From Heptranchias perlo (lineage: Eukaryota): a DNA stretch of 64,000 bases. Below, piece after piece: positions 12,576 to 25,694 of this stretch; the stretch's first letter is position 1, and the number at the start of each line of letters is the position of its first letter. The stretch covers positions 100,378,001 through 100,442,000 of the forward strand of contig NC_090329.1 in NCBI RefSeq assembly GCF_035084215.1, read 5' to 3'. Under the pieces are notes generated by a model that saw only the letters and a list, made by a program, of their open reading frames with translations, did not search any database and was not told the DNA's origin. Made by a program: the position numbers and the translations under genes.

Positions 12576-14904
12576 AACGGGGGTGGAAAAGGAAAATGAT
12601 TTGATCATTCCCTAAAAGTATCTATCCCACATGAAGCAGTTGTTAGTCAGGCAGATTACATTGTGGGATATATGTGCAGAGCAATGGATAACAAGTCAAA
12701 ACAAGTTAAAAGGGGCCACACTAATCTTTCTCGTGTTCTTATCCTTCCTATGACTGACAAGAACCTTTACTCCCATTTGATTTGTGATCTATCTCTTAAT
12801 GAGAACTTGACATTCAAGGTGTTTCAACTACTTAAGTTAAAAAAGTACATCCTACATAAACCTTGTGTAGTTATTTTGTAGCCTTGTACAATGTGAACTT
12901 TTACAGAGTTCAAGAAAAGTGGAAGATGTAATATAATGTAATATAATTTGGAGGGGTTGTCAGGTTAAGTAGGCCAAGGAAGCTGTCTTATTGTGATTAA
13001 TTTTATTGCAATTGTTTCATCCTAAATTTCAATTTTCCATGTGTTTTAGGTGAATGGAACTCAAGCATAAATCATTATTCTTCCTTCCCTGCTTTTCATT
13101 TTGAATATGGAAATTGTCCAGTATAAGCGCAGACTTCCAACCAGCTGCACTCCAGTACATTTATTTCTGCATGTTTTTCTGGGCTGAATCTACACTGAAA
13201 TCCATTGAGGAAATATAAGTTACAGCATTATTATCATTAGATCTTATATATACCTAGCAATGTGTTTTATTGTATAGATATTAATGTATTTTTAATGATG
13301 CAAGCTATTTTTTTGGCCTCTAAATATTGATGAATTTCCTTGTAGGAAGGGACCAATGGCAATGGTTACCATAGAGAATGTGGTGTCAAGAGTTTGCTAT
13401 TCCACTACTCACTGATTGTTTCCATAACATTGCTAAAACGCTGTTCATAGTAATGAAAATGTATTTATTATATATGTAGGGGTGTTTTTATTTCCACTGG
13501 TGTGAAACTCTCAATCACATTGAGAGATTGGGAAAACAATATTAATGTCTATAGATATTAATTGTTCTCTGTTTTAACTGGTGGAACAATTTTTAGCATA
13601 GGAATAAATTACTGCACTAATTCTCATGGTAATGTGAATTTAAAAATGTTATGATGTTCTCCATATTTCTCAATTTCTAATTTGTAATGTACAGAATTCT
13701 AAAATTATCAGGATGAGATAAATTGTGCAAGTTTCTTCAAGTCACCAAAGCCAACTTTGACATCTGGAATATTGGATGAATATTGCAATTTGGAACTCAA
13801 GATAACACAGAATTAATTGCTTTTCCTACAAGACTATTTGGGATATCCATCATTCAGTGTGGGGCTGGAGGCTTTATTCTGATCCCTGGCTTCACTTAAG
13901 CCAGGCTAGTTTTCTACTCTAGCTCAACAGTCACATTCAAAGCTGGAAAAAAAACTCTTCTTGCATCTTAATTCTCTATACCTCATCATTTTAAAGATCT
14001 GCCTACGTCATTTTTCATTCACCTTTATTCCAGTGAAAAGAAGCTGAGCTTTCTCTTCGTAACATCTGTAAGGCAAATATAGGTCGCAGAACGCATCCAG
14101 TACATATGGAATAGACCATCAAAATGTACAATATTCAACATATATATATTATATAAAGGATAACAGACAAATCTTTGTCCTTTTGCAGCAAGGTACTTGT
14201 GCCTTTTGCACATATCCCCACACACCTCTCCAAACTTTCTGAAGGTGGATTAAGAAAACAGTTGGTAAGATGAAGCCAGATCATTGAGCTGCTTTACTTG
14301 ACAGCAAGTGAGTGTACACAGCAAGTTAGAACTGGATCCATTTAATTTAATCAGTACAATTTGTCTTCACATAATGATACAAAATGACCAACACACTATG
14401 CTTTCCCACATCAGTGGGTCGCCTTGCTCAAATTGAACAAAATTACTCCTAACTACCTTTCTGCATACTAAGCTACCGAGCCTGACCAAAACTTACCCTC
14501 ACAGCTTCCTGTTTAAAAACCTTAAAAGCTTATGTCTCTTTTATTTTCCATCCTGTGTTCACAGCCAGAAGGGAAAGGCTTACCAAATCGTCCCTGCTGA
14601 GTGCCCTGGACCATAGTTTTCCAACACAATGGATTCGAGGTGTTTATCAATTACTGAGACAGGCTAGCAAACTGCTTATTATTCACAGTCTATGGGGAAA
14701 CAACACTAAGGCTAGCTCATTAGCATTTAACCACCAAAAGTGTCTACTTTTAAAACTTGTATAAATATACTTTGCTTCAAAATACAACATTTAAAAGTTA
14801 CACTTTTTTTCCAAATGCTTTCTTTAGAAAAATGGTGCAAAAATCCTGAAATGTGACAATACCCAATTTAGCTTTCCTATGAACAATCTTCCATAAATGT
14901 CAAC

Positions 14905-15356
14905 CTAGCCTTAGTGTTGGTACTCTCAGCTCAGAGTCAAAAGGTCATGGTTTCAAGCTCTCCAGAGACTTGAACACATAATCTAGGCTGACATTTCACT
15001 GTAGTACTGGGAAGTGCTTCAGTGCTGTAGATCTGTAGATGCCACCTTTTGGACAAGTTAAACTGAGGCCCCATCTGCCTTCTCAGGTGGTTGTAAAAGT
15101 TCCAATGGCACAATTGGAAGAACAGGGGAGTTTTCCTGGTATCCTGGCCAACATTTATGCCTCAACCAACATCAATATAACAGAATATTAGGTCACTCAT
15201 CTCATTGTTGTTTGTGCAACCTTGCTGTGTGCAAATTGGCTTCTGCATTCCTGACATTACAACAATGACTACACTTCAAAGGAATTCATTGGCTGTAAAG
15301 CACTTTGGGACATCCTGAGAATATGAAAGGTGCTATATAAATGTAAGTTCTTTCTT
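14905..15356 (+). mobile_element. Deu-domain SINE (SacSINE1/AmnSINE1-like), near full length
   Basis: Has a tRNA-like head, a central gttaaactgaggcccc...tcctggccaacatttat.cctcaaccaac block recalled as the Deu domain, and the L2-like tail gctatataaatgtaagttctttct. Confidence 0.75.
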
Positions 15357-16741
15357 ACCCAGTCCAGAGTACTTTAATGGATACACACTGAGCCAAACAA
15401 CATGGATCACAGTACAACTCTGAGCAGAATGAAATAACCAGGAGAATCACTAAAGATTAAATCAGACACAGAGATGTATAAGTCATTACTACTTTATTCA
15501 AACATTTAAGGTAATGGAACTAACATTATCATAGGTTTTATAAAATTAAGAATTACATTAGGCACTTGGGTAAACTTTCTTAATTGACAGAGTATAAGTT
15601 GTTGCAGACACACATGTCATTCCAATGCCTCACAGTAACACAGCCATAGCTGGACTCTCTCTCTTGATTACAGTACAACAAAGTTGGATGCAAAATCCAA
15701 GATTGCCATATGGTTTAGCAAAATTAGATTAATTCTTTGTATTCAATGTCACTGTCAAGTTAACAGCTTCAAATGTGCAGACTATACCCGTGGTGTGGGT
15801 GGAGATACTGGTTCTTTTGACTGGCTTTGTAACGCCAGCTGTTCAATTTCATTCAGGATGTTTCACTTCTCAGAACATCTGCAGTGAATCACCATCATTG
15901 GCCATCATTTCTTTCTTTAGTTATCTTCTTTTCATCCTGGTTTAATTATCCTTGCATGAGTGTGTTTCTCTGTATTGCTATACTATCAATAAGCTCTCAT
16001 TCTGTAGTTAACTCCAAAAATGCACCCCATGTAACTATTTGGAACTTTCAGTGTGAATAGGAATAGGAATCATTGTCTTGATAGGTTTATATAATGTTAA
16101 ATAACGTGGGTAACTAAGTTTAAAATGAAGGCTGTTCCTTTCTTAAGCTCAAATAGCAGTTTGCAGATGCACAGGCTATGAGAATGGTCATGGTTCAACT
16201 GTTCAACTAAGTTAAAACTCTCCTTGATAAGGCTTGGGTATTTTAAATGCCAATTCATTGACCATCATCAGTCCAGACAGAAAAATTGCTTTGCAATTTG
16301 TACATTTTGTGTGCCTCCTGATTCTGTATGGCCATGTACCAACTATTGTGCCAAATATGTATGAGTTCATTGATTATGTGGTTAAAATCTGTAAAGTGGG
16401 GTGACAGTCATGATGCTTGGATTCCAGATAATGCATGTTGACCTTCTCATTTAGCAGTCCATGGGATCTTTTATGCATATTCATCTTCAGGGATGGGACA
16501 GACTAAGGTATAATATTTGGCTATTGTCGTGGTACAAATAACATTTGCACTTTGATGTCCAACTTACTCAAACTTAATGGATGATCCCATCTTCATAGAG
16601 GATGGTATCCTTAAAAGAGTGTCGTGCTTCCACTCTGAGTCTGTTGGAAGGAAGCACTCCATGACAAAATCTACAATAATCTCACAAAGGGAATGATCCT
16701 GAAACCAACGATTGTGCTACTGTTGAGCTTGTTAGACTACT

Positions 16742-16871
16742 TGGAGTAGAATTTCTGCAGGGGTTCTCCCAGTCATTTCTTGTAACTTCACACCATTTCT
16801 CTGTGGTTTCCATCGATCTTCCACAACAGTTACACTGGATGATTGGGAGAATCCCCGTGGAAAATCCAGGC
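16742..16871. mobile_element. short (~130 bp) MITE-like inverted-repeat element
   Basis: Ends are gaatttctgcaggggttctccca...tgggagaatccccgtggaaaatc. Relatives lie at ~29485-29600, 44609-44694, ~48830-48950 and ~49015-49090. Confidence 0.5.
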
Positions 16872-17341
16872 ATTTATTTCGTCGAAATAAGTCAGATGCT
16901 TGAACAAATGGGCAAATTTAGACAGAATTGTAAATAAATCTAATCAATAGTTTTTATTATGTACAAGGCGATCTAATGCTTTATATGTTTTTCACCATTT
17001 GCGTTGACAGGAGAGATTATGGGTTGTGCTAACTTAGTACAGCAGAGTAAAAGATGCAGATTTCATTTTGTAGGGATGAGATCCGCTTAAGGAAACTATC
17101 ATCAAGCCAACTGATGCAAAATGAGTGTTGGAAAAAGCCTGAGCCATGACAGCATTCACTTGTAAACCAGAACTAAACACTACCCAACTGCAACTTAATA
17201 CCAAGACTGCAACTTATTCCATGCTGATAAGTTGGTGTATGAATTACTATTGGTTATGAAATCGGCCCAAACATCCTATGACTTCTTTATGACATAAACT
17301 TTACTCACTTCTTTGTACATCATAGATCACCGAGCCAAAAT

Positions 17342-17445
17342 GTTACATCGAGTTACATCAAAACTGCAGCACAGAAACAGGCCATTCAGCCCAACTGGTC
17401 TATACCATCGTTTATGCTCCACACAAGCTTCCTCACTCCCTCCCT
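17342..17445 (-). mobile_element. CR1 3' tail, left half of an element split by the 17446-24107 insertion
   Basis: Joined to 24108-24325, it is colinear with the uninterrupted copy at 26417-26850. Confidence 0.75.
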
Positions 17446-19364
17446 AGATCAGGGAAAAATAGTAAAAAGTTCAAATTAAAGGCGCTTTATCGCATGTAAC
17501 AAAGGTAATGCAATAATCGTGGGAGACTTTAATCTTCATATAGACTGGGCAAACCAAATTGGCAAAAGTAGTTTGGAGGATGAGTTCATGGAATGTATTC
17601 AAGATAGTTTCCTAGAACAATATGTCGAGGAACCAACCAGGGAACAGGCTAGTTTAGATCTTATCTTGTGTAATGAGACAAGATTAAGTAGTAATCTCAT
17701 AGTAAGGGATCCTCTGGGGAAGAGTGATGATAATATAATAGAATTTCACATTGAGTTCGAGAGTGACATCTTAAACTTAAACAAAGCCAATTACATAGGT
17801 ATGAGGGGCAACTTGGCTAAGGTAGATTGGGAAATTAGATTAAAAGGTATGACGGTAGATAAGCAATGGTGAACATTTAAAGAAATACTTCATAATTCTC
17901 AACGAATATACATTCCATTGAGGAATAAAAACTCCATGGGAAAAGTGATCCATCCGTGGCAACCTAAAGAAGTTAAGAATATTATTAGGTTAAAAGAAGA
18001 GGCTTATAATGTTGCCAAGAAGAGTAGTAAGTCTGAGGATGGGAGAGTTTTAGAAACTAGCAAAGGATGACCAAAAAATTGATAAAGAAGGAGAAAATAG
18101 AATGAGAGTAAACTAGTAAGAAATATGAAAACAGATTGTAAGAGCTTCTACAACTATGTAAAAAGGAAGAGAGCAGCAAAATTAAATGTGAGTCCCTTGG
18201 AGGCAGAGATAGGAGAAATTATAATGTGGAATAAGGAAATGGCAGAGACATTTTAAACAAATATTTTGTGTCTGTCTTCATAGTGGAAGACACAAAAAAC
18301 ATACCAGAAAAGTGGGGAACCAAGGGTCTAACAAGAGTGAGGAACTTAAAGTAAATTAATATTAGTAAAGAAAAAGTACTGGAGAAATTAATGGGACTAA
18401 AATCCGACAAATCCCCTGGACCTGATGGGCTACATCCTAGGGTTCGTAAAGAGGTGGCTGCAGAGATAGTGGATGCACTGGTTGTGATCTTCCAAAATTC
18501 CCTAGTTTCTAGAATGGTTCCAATGGGTTGGAAGGTAGCAAATGTAATCCTGCTATTCAAGAAAGGAGGGAGAAAGAAATCAGGGAATTACAGGCCAGTT
18601 AGTCTGTTATCAGTAGTCGGGAAAATGCTGGAATCCATTATTAAGGATATGGTAACAGGGCACTTAGAAAATCAAAATATGATTAGGCAGAGTCAACATG
18701 GTTTTATGAAAGGGGAAACATGTTTGACAAATCTACTGGAGTTTTTTGAGGATGTAACTGGCAGGGTAGATAAAGGGGAACCAGTGGATGTTGTATATTT
18801 GGATTTTCAAAAGGCATTCGATAAGGTGCCACATAAAAGATTGTTACACAAGATAAGGGTTCATGGGGCTGAGGGTAATATATTAACATGGATAGAGGAT
18901 TGGTTAATGGACAGAAAATAGAGAGTAGGGATAAACGAGTCATTTTCAGGTTGGCAGGCTGTAACTAGTGGGGTGCCGCAAGGATCAGTACTATCAGGGC
19001 CTCAGCTATTTACAATCTATATTAATGACTTAGATGAAGGGACTGAGTGTAATGTATCCAAGTTTGCTGACAATATAAAGCTAGGTGGGAAAGACGACAC
19101 AAAGGGCACGATTTTAAAATGCCGGTGGGATGGTAGTGAGGTGGGGGGGGGGGTCAATGGGTGCGCGGGTAGCCTGAGTACTAAAACCTTACCGTTCCCC
19201 ACGAGATTGCGATTTAATTGGTGGCCATTAACCTTATTTCCGAATTTGCCGTCCGAAAGCTGCACAGTGGGTGGACTGTGCACCCGCATGGCCTGCTGTC
19301 AGCTGGAGCGTCTGGATTTAAAGGGCCAGTGCACCAATGGCTTTTGCTGGAGCAAGGAGACAGA

Positions 19365-21279
19365 ATGGAGCAGCAGAGGGGCAAGCCAGCTCCAAGATTC
19401 AGCGACACCTCACTTGAGGTGCTGCTGGCCGGGATGAGGAGGAGGAGGGAACAATTCTACCCGGCCGACCGGAGGAAGTGCCCTGCCTCTGGCACCTAGA
19501 AGGCCTGGCTCGAGGTGGCAGAGGAGGTCACCAGCAGCAGCAACATCTCCTGCACTTGGGTCCAGTGCAGGAAGCGTTTCAATGACCTAACTAGGTCAGC
19601 AAAAGTGAGTACACTTACTGATTCTCCTACATTCGTGTTGCACATCACTGCCCCCGACCCCCCCCCCCACCCCAACTCATTCTGCACTGCCAAGACTACT
19701 CCATCATATCACTCCTCACACCCACTTAAGGCTCATCCTCAACTTACCTTCACTTCCTGAGCACTTCCTCACCTCCCCATTTGTGACCCCACCACTGCCA
19801 CTCACCCCAATCCTCATCCAATGTGATGTCTCTCTTTTATACTCACCCTCTGATGCACCTCTTTCACTGTCAGCCTCACCCTAAGCAATGCATTCATCGG
19901 TTGGCCACTTCACCATCACTCACTCACTCGTCTGTACTTTCTCCCCTGCTAGGAGAAGAGAGCGCAAAATGCACACGAGAGGGCGAGGACTGGAGGGGGG
20001 TCACAACAAATAGTGGTCCTCACAGAGGTGGAGGAGGAGGCCCTGGAGATCAGCTGCACCCTCGAGTGCCTGTCCGTCAGGGACGCTGAGACTGGCACCC
20101 CACAAACGTCAGGTGACACAACTTTAACATTCATCACACACAACATGAATTGATGTTAACAATGATTGGCATGTTGAACACCTCAGTATGCTCATCGCAA
20201 CATGATATATCTGTGACGATGCTTAATATTGCCTTCTGTTCTCTTCCAGGCCCTTCAACGACTGCAATGATGGAAGAGGGCGATTCCTCAGAGGAGCTCC
20301 CGGCCTCTGAGGGCGCACCATCACATCTTAGCGAGCCATCCACCAGTGCAGATACTCACACCTCGGTGGGTTCTATTAGTCAGTTAGTTGGGTTGGCACC
20401 TGGTGAGTCACCACACACAAGTGAGCACGAGCAGACACTGGTGTCGGGGCAGCTGTGGAGAGTACGCATCAGTGGGATCATTCCTCTTCAGGCTCTGCTC
20501 AGCTGGACACAGATGCTGAACCCCGGGGGCCATCCTTTAAAAGGAGAATGATAGAGGGGCAGCAGCACATTTGCGAGGTACTGGAACAGATGGCACACAC
20601 ACTCTCCACAATAGTGGAGAGGATGGAGGAGTCCAACTCCTGCATTAATGGAATGGTGGCCCAGGTACGTGAGGGAATCTCTGAGATAGTGTCACAGGGA
20701 TATGAGCAAATGTATGAGATAGTGTCGCACGTAAATGCAAGAATGTCTGAGATACTGTTGCAGTTAAGTGCGGAAATGTCTGTGATGGAGAGAAGGCTAG
20801 CCTCCATTGAGCTTCAAGCACGGCTCACAAATGAGTCCATTCAGGCCCTGACAACAGCCGTTCAGACTCGGGGTGAACAACATTCTGCAGCCTTAACCAG
20901 GCAGACAGAAACTTTACAACAAGGTTTCCAAGGCTTCACACATGTCCTCCAAACTGTTGTCCAGCAGGGTGGAAGGAGTGATGTAGGCCTGGTCCAGGAG
21001 AGGGATGATGGTGAAAAGGGACGTGGAAGTGGGGACGCCACTCAAAGCGCTCCCACATCTCACCCATTGCCCCCCTCTCAACCAGTACCTGCAATGCTGC
21101 CTCCTCTCCAGATGGCCGAGTCTGCCCCTGCACAGGTGCATGTGGAGCAGAGTTTGGCAGGGCCCTTATGGGCTCCAAACCCCAGAGGGCGTAGGCCAAA
21201 TGCATCTAGTCATTCAGGGCATGAACCTGCCACTACCTCTGCTGCAGCCACAGGGGAGGCACCACAAAGTACCAGGTAG
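19365..21279 (+). pseudogene. Harbinger accessory Myb/SANT-like gene, three predicted exons (19365-19604, 19953-20112, 20250-21279)
   Basis: Translates [21 protein letters not shown]...WLEVAEEV...TWVQCRKRFNDL. Introns are GT-AG with pyrimidine tracts. There is a stop at 19497-19499, and exon 3 has a frameshift. Confidence 0.82.
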
Positions 21280-21616
21280 AGAACGGCTAAGGATTTGTGA
21301 TCACAAAGGGTATGCACAAGGGTGTCTGACGGACTGTCATGTTTTTCATTTATATTTGTTTTTTGTTAAATTCACATTAAATGTTATCATTCTCACCACT
21401 ACTGCCACGTCTTGCCTATTCTTGACTGCCTTTTGTGATCGCGCCTTTTCATGTGATTCATCATGAACGGCGAGACTTGATGCCACCCAGTGGGTGCGTT
21501 CACAGTGGGTGCATGTGTAGTTGTAGGACTGTTTTGTGCAGGGGGTGGGGGCTGGTGTTGGTGCTGCCCTTTCCAGGTGGTCTGAGGACCGGACTATCCT
21601 CACTTTCCATATGTCA

Positions 21617-22843
21617 TTATGAGAATCGTTCAAATATTAGTGACTCCCTGGCCTCACGAGCAGCCAGGTGAGCCACTGCTCTACAGATGAGTTCCTCCTC
21701 CTTTTCCTTGTCCTCCTCCTCGTCCTCTTCCTCGTCCATCTCCTCCTCAACGTTGATGGTAGATGTGGATGCTAGATGAGGGCATGGGGCCTCATCAACC
21801 GGTAACCCTCTCTGTTGCGCCATGTTGTGCAGGACACAACAGATGACTATAATTCGATCCACTCTCGCTGGTGCGTATTGAAGCGCTCCCCCAGAACGAT
21901 CCAGGCACTGAAATCGCATCTTCAACAGCCCTATCACATGTTCAATGACAGACCTGGTTGTTTTATCGACGCTGTTGCTCGCTGATGGGGTTCCTCAGAG
22001 GTGTCATGAGCCACGTGTGCAAGGGGGTATCCCTTGTCCCCGAGGAGCCAGCCCTTAAGGCTGTTTGGTGCGTGGAAGAGGGGTGGTATGTTGGATTTCC
22101 TCAGAATGAATGAATCGTGGCAGCTGCCAGGGAATCTCACACACGTGAAGAAATCTTTTCCTGTGGTCACAAACAAGCTGAGCGTTGATGGAGTGATATC
22201 CCTTTCTGTTGATGAGCAGTCCTGAATCGTGTGGAGTTGCTCAGATTGCTATATACATACAATCGATTGCACCCTGTACACGTTGGAAGCCAGTCATAGA
22301 GTGGAATCCCACTGCCCTCTCCGTCTGGCTGAGGTCGTCCAGGGGGAAGTTGACGTATTGCGAGGCCCTGCGAAACAAACTGTCGGTGACCTGCCTTATG
22401 CACTTGTGTGCAGGCGACTGAGAGACCCCGGCAATGTCCTGGGTGACGCCCTGGAATGATCCACAGGTGACAAAGTTGAGGGCAGTGGTCACTTTAACTG
22501 AGACGGACAATGAAATGCCACCAGGCCCAGCCGGGAGCTGCTCGCCATGAAGGAGACTGCAGATGTCTGCGACCATCTGGCGACTCACTCTCAGCCTCCA
22601 TAGGCACTGCTCCTGAGAGAGGTCCATGGAGTTGAGCCTCGGTCTGTAAACCCTCTGACGAGGATAGTGCCTCCTGCAACGTCGCTCCCCCTGCTGCTCC
22701 CCTCTGTGCTCTTGTGCAGGTGCCTGTGGCGCAGCACTGTGTGGTGGAGCTGCAAGTAGTGGAAGTGCACACCATGCCTGGCGAGGATGGTGATGTTCCT
22801 CCTCCTTGGATTTACTGGTGAATGCAGCCATTGCGTCCCTCAT
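21617..22843 (-). pseudogene. Harbinger (HARBI1-like) DDE transposase, frameshifted
   Basis: Motifs RVYRPR, VKVTTALNF, VQGAIDC, RFPGSCHDSFILR, GWLLGDKGYPL, IGLLKMRFQCLDRSGGALQY and CCVLHN, followed by an acidic tail. Confidence 0.92.
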
Positions 22844-24107
22844 CCTGATGTCGTCAGCTTGAGGGGGGGTCCAAAAAGTAGGTAAATATGTATAAACAGA
22901 ACAATTCTGAGTGTAAACCAAGAATTTCATGTCTAAACACAAACGTTTGTCTGAGAGAACTGAGTACCCTGCTGCAATAACTCACCTTTTCTCCCCATCT
23001 GTCAAACAGGGATTTAAATGTCCAAATGCTGCCGGCTGCAACTCGCTGAGTTTCCCACGGCGTGTTTCACACAGCATGGGAAACACATTAAGGCAGCGTT
23101 GAAATCGCTTGCCATCATTGTTAATTACATGTATGCACATTTCAAGTACTTTAAGTACTTGAATTGCTGATTTAAATAGCTTCCCACTTCAGAAAATCCC
23201 AATTTTCGTTGCCCCCTCCCGGCCCCCAATGCACCCGCACTTTGCTTTTAAAATCGTGCCCAAAGAGTCTGCAAAGGGATATAGACAAGTTATGTAAGTG
23301 AGCAAGAAGGTGGCAGATGGAGTATAATCTGGGAAAATGTGAAGTTATTCACTTTGGTAGAAAGAATAGAAAAACAGAATATTTTTTAAATGGTGAGAAA
23401 CCATTAAATGTTGGTGTTCAGAGAGACTTGGATGTCCTTGTACACAAAACACAGAAAGTTAACATGCAAGCCAAGCAATTAGGAAGGCAAAGGGTATGTT
23501 GGTCTTTATTGCAAAGGGGTTGGAGTACAAGAGTGAGGAAATCTTGCTGCAATTATACAGGGCTTTGGTGAGACCACACCTGGAGTACTGTGTACAATTT
23601 TTGGTCTTCTTGTCTAAGGAAGGTTCACTCGATTGATTCCTGGGTTGAGAGGGTTGTCCTCTGAGGAGAGGTTGAGTAGAATGGGCCTGTACTCTCTGGA
23701 GTTTAGAAGAATGAGAGGTGATCTCATTGAAACATATAAGATTATGAGGAGGCTTGTCAGGGTAGATGCTGAGAAGCTGTTTCCCCTGGCTGGAGAGTAT
23801 AGAACTAGGGGTCATTGTCTCAGGATAAGGGGTCGGCCATTTAGGACTGAAATGAGGAGGAATTTCTTCACTCAGAGAGGTGTGAATCTTAGGAATTCTC
23901 TACTCCAGAGGGCTGTGGATGCTCAGTCGTTGAATATATTCAAGGCCGAGATTGATAGATCTTTGGACTCTAAGGGAATCAAGGGATATGGGGATCGGGA
24001 GAGAAAGTGGAGTTGAGGTCGAAGATCAACCATGATCTTATTGAATAGCGGAGCAGGCTCAAGGGTTCATATGGCCTACTCCTGCTCCTATTTCTTATGT
24101 TCTTATG

Positions 24108-24325
24108 TATTTCATCTAACCCTATCAGGATACCCTTCTATTCCTTTCTCCCTCATGTGCTTATCTAGCTTCCCCTTAAATGCATCTATGCTATTTACTT
24201 CACCTACTCCTTGTGGTAGCACATTCCACATTCTTACCACTCTTTAGGTAAAGAAGTTTCTCCTGAATTCCCTATTGGATTGATTATCAACTATTTTATA
24301 TTTACGACCTCTAGTTTTGGATCAT
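24108..24325 (-). mobile_element. CR1 3' fragment, right half of the element begun at 17342
   Basis: Matches 26515-26725 closely. Confidence 0.8.
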
Positions 24326-25289
24326 CATTCAGAGCGCGTTGACCGCTGTGCCCAAATCCCCGTCATTTGCATTTGCAAAGCTCTGCACTGAGAGCGCTAA
24401 TTCATAAAATGTATCCCCTATTTCCTTTTCATGTTCCTGAGAATAGTTTTTAAAATTATTTTTTCTCTTATTTAATCTTCCTAAAAGCTTTTCTCATAGC
24501 TCCCCCATACTTGGCTATCCTGTAGTCTTCCACATCTTTCTTGTTATTTTTGGCTTTCATTTTTATTACGTTATCAGATATAAGTATAAAATTATCATTA
24601 GCATGTGATTGTTCAGCCAACTCCACATTATAAATCATTTTTGGTGGACTGCAAGATATCAGTTCTAATCTACCATCTGCTTTTGTACCCAACTTCCGAG
24701 TTTGTGTTAAGAAGCAGTCACTGAGTACTTCTACGTCGTTGCTTTTACATTCATCCTGACCTTTCAGTCCTCTCTTGCTTTATCTCTGAGATATGGAAAT
24801 TTTGCAATGATTACGATTCCCTCAAGCTTTCTAATTTGCCTAAACCGGTTACGGTCTGCCACTTCCCCTTGAGTTGGCAGTGATCCATGGCAGCCATTAC
24901 TATTGCTACTCTTATCATTACTAATTTCTACCCATATCAGTTCTGCTAACTCCTTTCAGTAGCTATTACGTAAGGCTATATTTTTGTAGTGATGGTGCAG
25001 GGATGGGAAATCGTGCTGGTTGGAGATCTGACGCAGTTCCTGCCTCGACTGCAGTGCCTGAGAAATTCAGACATCACAGGGCCTGCCTACAAATGGAGGC
25101 TGTTGTCTGAGCACGATTGTCCACATGAGCCACTTGTATCCATACAAAATACCCTGCAAGGTCTAGGGAGGAGAAAAAAGGAGTGCACTATCCAGATTTG
25201 CACAGCCATGATGACCAATTATCTGCACTGCAGTCTACCAACTCAATGGCATCTACAGTGAAGCAATGGTACAGCTCACAAACACAAGC

Positions 25290-25694
25290 GGGTCAATTTT
25301 CAACTTGCCACCAGGGCGTAAAGGTGGCATTGTGGATTGGCCGCCTGTTATAGAAACCACCCGACTTTCAAAGGAACATAGGAATTGCCAGACGAAGAAA
25401 GTCCAAGGTCCACCTAATTCGCCTTCTACCATCCTTGTAGTCACATGATACAACAATAATGGAGCCGTTGACTAAGCATGGCAGGCAATCTCTATCATTT
25501 AGTCTGCAACAGAAGCAAAAATGATATGGAGAAAATCCCAGTGGTGGGGAGCTTTGGGAACCATAGGTCCAAAGTCACATTTTTCCTCCCAAGCCTGTTG
25601 CACTTGATTTCAATGAAAATGAAAATCTGGCGGCTTCCATGCTGCTGATCCGCAACATCAGATTTACCCGAATGGCAAGTTAAAAATCTATCCC
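25290..25694. mobile_element. MITE-like element with an internal LINE-tail fragment
   Basis: Inverted termini are GGGTCAATTTTCAACTTGCCA / TGGCAAGTTAAAAATCTATCCC. Confidence 0.55.

Larger units (their letters stand above)
19104..23261. mobile_element. PIF/Harbinger DNA transposon 2, full length (4158 bp)
   Basis: Perfect 16-bp TIRs GGGCACGATTTTAAAA (19104-19119) / TTTTAAAATCGTGCCC (23246-23261) with a 3-bp TSD AAA. Removing the element restores the CR1 frame. Confidence 0.95.
17446..24107 (+). mobile_element. CR1 LINE ORF2 pseudogene (APE endonuclease + RT), interrupted by a Harbinger at 19104-23261
   Basis: Before the insertion it encodes GDFN..IDW, KSPGPDGLHPR, NYRPVSL, QHGFMKG, YLDFQKAFDKVPH, PQGSVL and KFADN. 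After it come DTKSLQRD, KCEVIHFG, FFTQR and a (tcttatgt)n tail. Confidence 0.92.
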
